Part shown: piece after piece, positions 25,869 through 30,057 of the stretch
Layout of the letters: every line of letters starts with the position of its first letter
Position numbering within the stretch: position 1 is the first letter of the stretch
From: Chloroflexota bacterium
Lineage (GTDB): Bacteria; Chloroflexota; Dehalococcoidia; Lucifugimonadales; UBA3495
Direction of reading: 5' to 3'
NCBI GenBank assembly: GCA_027623675.1
Contig: JAQBVF010000035.1
Span: 1-30,057, forward strand
DNA length: 30,057 nt
The notes under the pieces: generated by a model
The model's input: the letters and a program-made list of their open reading frames with translations, nothing else
What the model was told of the DNA's origin: nothing
The model's database searches: none
Made by a program: the position numbers and the translations under genes

Positions 25869-27688
25869 TCAGCGAGGCATGGCGTACTCGAACGAGTTGG
25901 CAATCCGGGTCTCGCTATAGTCATATGGTTTCCAGTCGGGGTTGACCCTCGGCCCGATGGGCCAGACACCGTCGTGGGTGTAGAGGGCGAATGCCATAAC
26001 GTTGTCATATATCCAGCCGGCTATTTTCTTCTCCTTCTCTGCCAGCTTCACCGGGTCCACTTCCTTTAGCGCGTCGGAGATGTTCTCCTCCATCCACGGG
26101 TGCTCGGTCCCGTAGCTGAAGGTCGACTGCTTAACATAGTTGGAGGCCCCGATGATGGGAGTCAGCCGGCCGCTAACTGTGTGGCAGGTGGCACCCTGGT
26201 ACTTCCGGGTGATTATCTCGGGCCGGAGGGTGGCGTACGGTATATTCTGGAGCTTGACATCGACCCCGATGCCTTCCCAGTACTGGGCCACTGCCTCGCA
26301 GGCCTCGACCTCGGCGGGCGCCCCGCGGATGGCCGGGGTCAGCGTGATGCTAAAGCCATTGGGATAGCCAGCTTCGGCCAGCAATTCCTTCGCCCTCGCT
26401 GGGTCGTATTCATGCACCCAACGGGGGTCGGCCCTTCCTTCGAAACCCATCCAGTCCCGGAGGTACAGCGGAGCGCCGAATCCGGACAGGAGCGTATCGA
26501 CGATGGTCTGCCGGTCGATGGCGATCGCCAAGGCCTTCTTGACCTTGACGGCTTTGGCCCATTCCTCGGAAGTCGGGTCCTCGTCGCAGGAGACCCAGGC
26601 GTTGGTGCAGTCGAGGTACTGGTAGGGGTTCCCGTCCTTGTCGGTCCCGTAGGTCTGGCCATAGATGTTCAGGCCGGCCTGTCCGGCGTTCGGCCATCCA
26701 ACGATCTCAGCGCCCGAGATCTTCTCCACCGTGGGAATAGTGTCGAAAGCCATGTCGAAGTTGTCCAGTTGGCCGGTCTGGAACCCGGCCACCCGGGCCG
26801 ACTCTTCGGGGACGGTCCAGAAGACTAGTTGATCGAAATAGGGGGTCTGGCGCCAATGGTCTTGGACGGCCTTAAACCTCCAGAATTCGCCGCTGGCGGA
26901 ATCGACGATCTCCCAAGGCCCGGTCGCGGCGATGTTTTTGCTGGCGGCTTCGGCGCCGATCTCTTCGGACTGTTTCTTGCTCACGGTCCAGGTGCTGGAC
27001 CCGCCCAGGTTGCGCATAAACTCAAAGGCCACCGGCTGCACCCAGGGTTTGGCGGTGGTGATCTTTATGGTGTAGTCATCGACGATCTCCTGCGTCGTGC
27101 CATCTTTCCCTCCCCAATAGTTGCTGATGATTCCGGCGCGGGCATGCAACGCTCCTTCTCCAAACTGTTGGTAGGAATAGAGCACATCTTCGGCCGTCAT
27201 CTCCCCGTATCCCTTGTGGAGCTGGACTCCCTCTTGGAGGTTCCAAGTCCAGGTTAGGAAATCAGCGGAAACACTCCAAGACTTGGCCAGCGAAGGACCC
27301 GGGGACAGGTCTGGCTGAATGGCGACCAGGCCTTCACCCACGGTTTGGGAAGTGAACTGGATCCGTGGGCTGGAGACGAACCTGGGGTGCGCCTCGAAGA
27401 TGCCGGTCTCTTTCTGACCGACATTGAGTGTACCGGCGGCCTTAGCCTTGGCCGGTGGCGTGTTAGTGGCTTGCATGGCGGCCGTTGGCACCGCTGTGGC
27501 CTGGGCTGCTCCGCCGGTCGGGGCCGTTGTCGAAGGAACCGCCGTGGGCGAAGTGGTCGATCCGCCGCTGGGGACCGGGGGGTAGCCGTTGCCGATGAGC
27601 CGCATGCGAACAGCAAAACTACGAATAACAGAACGACCACCTTGGGCAATTGCCTAAATATCCGTGGGTTTGAACTAGTTTTTGGCAA
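25869..27688 (-). pseudogene. ABC substrate-binding lipoprotein, family 5 (paralog 3), frameshifted after the lipobox
   Basis: Signal peptide and LLFACGSSATATP are in the frame starting at TTG 27688, while the mature domain is in the 25869-27605 frame. The switch maps to a G6 run at 27577-27582. The total of 1820 nt is not a multiple of 3. Confidence 0.8.
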
Positions 27689-27795
27689 GGCTCCTTCTCC
27701 TTAGTCCGAGTTGATTACGTATTGCTATTAATTCTTACACATCTATAGATATATCAGCACTATATTTGCCAGAATCTAAGAGTTTAGCATGGATG

Positions 27796-27824
27796 TTTAT
27801 AGGTTATGCAGTATAGTTTGTCAA
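27796..27824 (-). promoter_or_regulatory. promoter of SBP paralog 3
   Basis: Minus strand TTGACA, 17 nt, TATAAA. Confidence 0.8.
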
Positions 27825-27991
27825 CACGGATATAATGATAACCAGCGATATATATAATCAAATAATGGTGGGGTAACAGATACGGAAAATACCAGGTAAT
27901 GCCGCCGAAATGCCGTCGACAGCCCGAGTGTTTGGTCGCTGCGTCGGTCGGCTGCCACCCGCGCGTTAGAGGGGTTGTTCCGAAGGCGGTC

Positions 27992-28033
27992 GGCTGATGG
28001 TGATTGGCTGATAGTGATTCGCTGATGGAGATG
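27992..28033. repeat. three imperfect 14-bp tandem repeats
   Basis: GGCTGATGGTGATT / GGCTGATAGTGATT / CGCTGATGGAGATG. Confidence 0.7.
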
Positions 28034-28037
28034 CAAT

Positions 28038-28075
28038 GAAAAGGCGCCTCGGCAACAATGCCGAGGCGCCTTTTC
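28038..28075 (-). terminator. terminator of SBP paralog 4
   Basis: GAAAAGGCGCCTCGGCA-acaa-TGCCGAGGCGCCTTTTC perfect stem. Confidence 0.85.
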
Positions 28076-28097
28076 GCAGCTATCGCTTCCGGTCGCC

Positions 28098-29924
28098 CTA
28101 TCGGGGTCTGGTGTACTCGAATCCAGTTGGCGTCCGGACGTCGGCAAAGTCGGCCGGCTCGAAATTGGGGTCGAGTCGCGGGCCGATGGGCCAGACGCCG
28201 TCGTGGACGTACATCGACGAGGCCATGGCGTTATCCCATATAAAGTTGTAGAACTCCAGTTCCCCCGACTCAATCTTCACTGGGTTTACCTGCACCGCGG
28301 CGCGGCCGAAGATCTCATCCAACATGGGATGGTGTGTCCCGTAACTGTAGGTCGAGGTTATCGGGTAGTTGGAAGCTCCGATCAAGGGGGTCAGGCGTAC
28401 GCCAACGGTGAGGCAGGTGATGCCCTGGTATTTCCGGGTGATCAGCTCGGGCCGGATGGTGGCGTACGGAACGTTCTGGATGTTGACTGAGATGCCGATC
28501 GCTTCCCAGTACTGGGCCAGCGCTTGGCAGGTCTCAACCTCGGCGGGCGCTCCCCGGATGGCCGGCGTCAACGTGATGCTGAACCCATCAGGATAACCGG
28601 CATCGGTCAACATCTGCTTGGCCAGGACCGGGTCGTACTCGTAGACCCAGGCCGGGTTGGCCCTCGCTTCGTGGCCCATCCAGTCCCTCATGGACTGGGG
28701 CCGCCCGAAGCCCGACAGAAGCGTATCGACGATGGTCTGGCGGTCGATGGCGATATTCATCGCCTTCCGGACCATTACGGCGTCCTTCCATTCCTTGGAA
28801 TCTATGTCTGCATCACAAGACACCCAAGCCTGTTCACATTTGTAGTACTGGTATTCGTTGCCGTCTCTATCCAAGCCATAGGTCTGGCCGTACCAGTTGA
28901 TCCCGGCCTGACCGGCATTGGGTACGCTTTTCATTATGGCGCCTTCGACTTTTTCAGACGTAGGAATGGAGTCGAAGTCCATGGCGAAGGTGTCCAGAAT
29001 ACCGGTCTGGAAACCAGCGACCCGGGCCGACTCCTCCGGAACGGTCCATAACACCAACTCGTCGAAGTAAGGAGTCTGGCGCCAGTGGTCTTGCACGGCT
29101 TTGAATTTCCAGAAAGATCCGCTCTCACTGTCCACAATCTCCCACGGCCCGGTGGAGGCGATGTTCACGCTGGCTTTTTCGATCCCAAGCTCTTCCGATT
29201 GCTTCTTGCTGACGGTCCAGTTGCTGACGCCGCCGCCGGTGCGCAAGAATTCGTAAACCCGCGCCGGTACCCATGGTTTGCCGGTAAAGACCTCAAAAGT
29301 TTGGTCATCGATTATCGTAGTGGTGGCGCCGATCTCCGGGTTCCCATCGAACCCGAAATACTCTCCGATGAACCCGGCGCGGGCGAGAAGGGCGCCTTCG
29401 TAGAACTGTTCGAGGGAGTAGACGACGTCCTCGGTGGTCACCGTGCCATAACCCTTGTGAAACCCCACCCCCGGCTGGATCTTCCAAGTCCAGGTTAAGA
29501 AGTCTTCGGAAATATCCCAGGATTCGGCCAACTGGGGGGTGCCCGCGAGGTCCGCTCCGACGCGTATCAGGCCTTCGCCTATCGATAGGGAGAGAAACTG
29601 AATCCTAGGGCTTGAGGCCTCCCTCGGATGGCCCTGGAAGATGCCGGTCTCCCGCGTGCCATAGTTGATGGCGCCGGCCGGTTCTGCCCTCGATGGCGGT
29701 GTCTGAGTGGCTTTAGGCATCGCCGTTGGTAAAGCCGCGCTTTCGGCAGATGATGACGGTACCGCGGTAGGCTGTGCCGTCGCGGTGGGCGAAGTCGGGC
29801 CGCTGCTCGCCACCGGGGTCGTGGTCGCCGATGAACCGCAAGCGAAAAGTAGGGCCACGAAGATTAGAACGACTGCTTGGGGTAGTTGCCTGAGTTTTCG
29901 GGGCTTGGTCCGTAACTTTAGCAT
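28098..29924 (-). CDS. ABC transporter substrate-binding lipoprotein, family 5 (paralog 4)
   Basis: AAGGAG RBS plus ATG, lipobox LLFAC, same conserved blocks as the other paralogs. Confidence 0.93.
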   Translation of the reverse strand: MLKLRTKPRKLRQLPQAVVLIFVALLFACGSSATTTPVASSGPTSPTATAQPTAVPSSSAESAALPTAMPKATQTPPSRAEPAGAINYGTRETGIFQGHPREASSPRIQFLSLSIGEGLIRVGADLAGTPQLAESWDISEDFLTWTWKIQPGVGFHKGYGTVTTEDVVYSLEQFYEGALLARAGFIGEYFGFDGNPEIGATTTIIDDQTFEVFTGKPWVPARVYEFLRTGGGVSNWTVSKKQSEELGIEKASVNIASTGPWEIVDSESGSFWKFKAVQDHWRQTPYFDELVLWTVPEESARVAGFQTGILDTFAMDFDSIPTSEKVEGAIMKSVPNAGQAGINWYGQTYGLDRDGNEYQYYKCEQAWVSCDADIDSKEWKDAVMVRKAMNIAIDRQTIVDTLLSGFGRPQSMRDWMGHEARANPAWVYEYDPVLAKQMLTDAGYPDGFSITLTPAIRGAPAEVETCQALAQYWEAIGISVNIQNVPYATIRPELITRKYQGITCLTVGVRLTPLIGASNYPITSTYSYGTHHPMLDEIFGRAAVQVNPVKIESGELEFYNFIWDNAMASSMYVHDGVWPIGPRLDPNFEPADFADVRTPTGFEYTRPR

Positions 29925-30019
29925 TAGTTTTCTCCTTGGTTACGTTTTGCAACTAACTATCGAAGAAAAAAGCTATTTTTATATTTCTAATTTGAAATAT
30001 ATTACGGTAGACATCCAGT

Positions 30020-30048
30020 TTTATAAGTCAATGGATCGGGTATGTCAA
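30020..30048 (-). promoter_or_regulatory. promoter of SBP paralog 4
   Basis: Minus strand TTGACA, 17 nt, TATAAA. Confidence 0.8.
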
Positions 30049-30057
30049 TACGGCTAT

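Overview
GC-rich bacterial window. The gene content and protein style suggest Chloroflexota/Dehalococcoidia, possibly SAR202-like (inference). Left: gyrB, rpsT, lexA with its own SOS box, a small NrtS-like membrane protein, a ~470-nt apparently non-coding, extensively base-paired segment (4469-4943), and a 46-aa DUF5679-like zinc-ribbon gene missing from the ORF track. Next is the minus-strand nusA-ylxR-infB-rbfA-truB operon, which has a rimP-leader-like hairpin but no rimP. A sulfur module follows: rrf2, an intact IS1202/ISNCY-type element with a 6-bp target duplication, a promoter with a Cys-rich leader peptide and attenuator, then moeB and cysM. After a PaaI thioesterase comes a plus-strand cluster (membrane protein, LPG-synthase-TM protein, UbiA-family phosphoribosyltransferase, DUF362, YchF-like, GNAT). 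The right 8.6 kb is a tandem array of four paralogous family-5 ABC substrate-binding lipoprotein genes. Each has its own TTGACA-17-TATAAA promoter and terminator, and one is frameshifted in a C6 tract. The best novelty candidates are the putative cysteine-sensing ribosome-mediated attenuator upstream of moeB-cysM, overlapped by an IscR-like operator, and the unidentified large structured RNA candidate.
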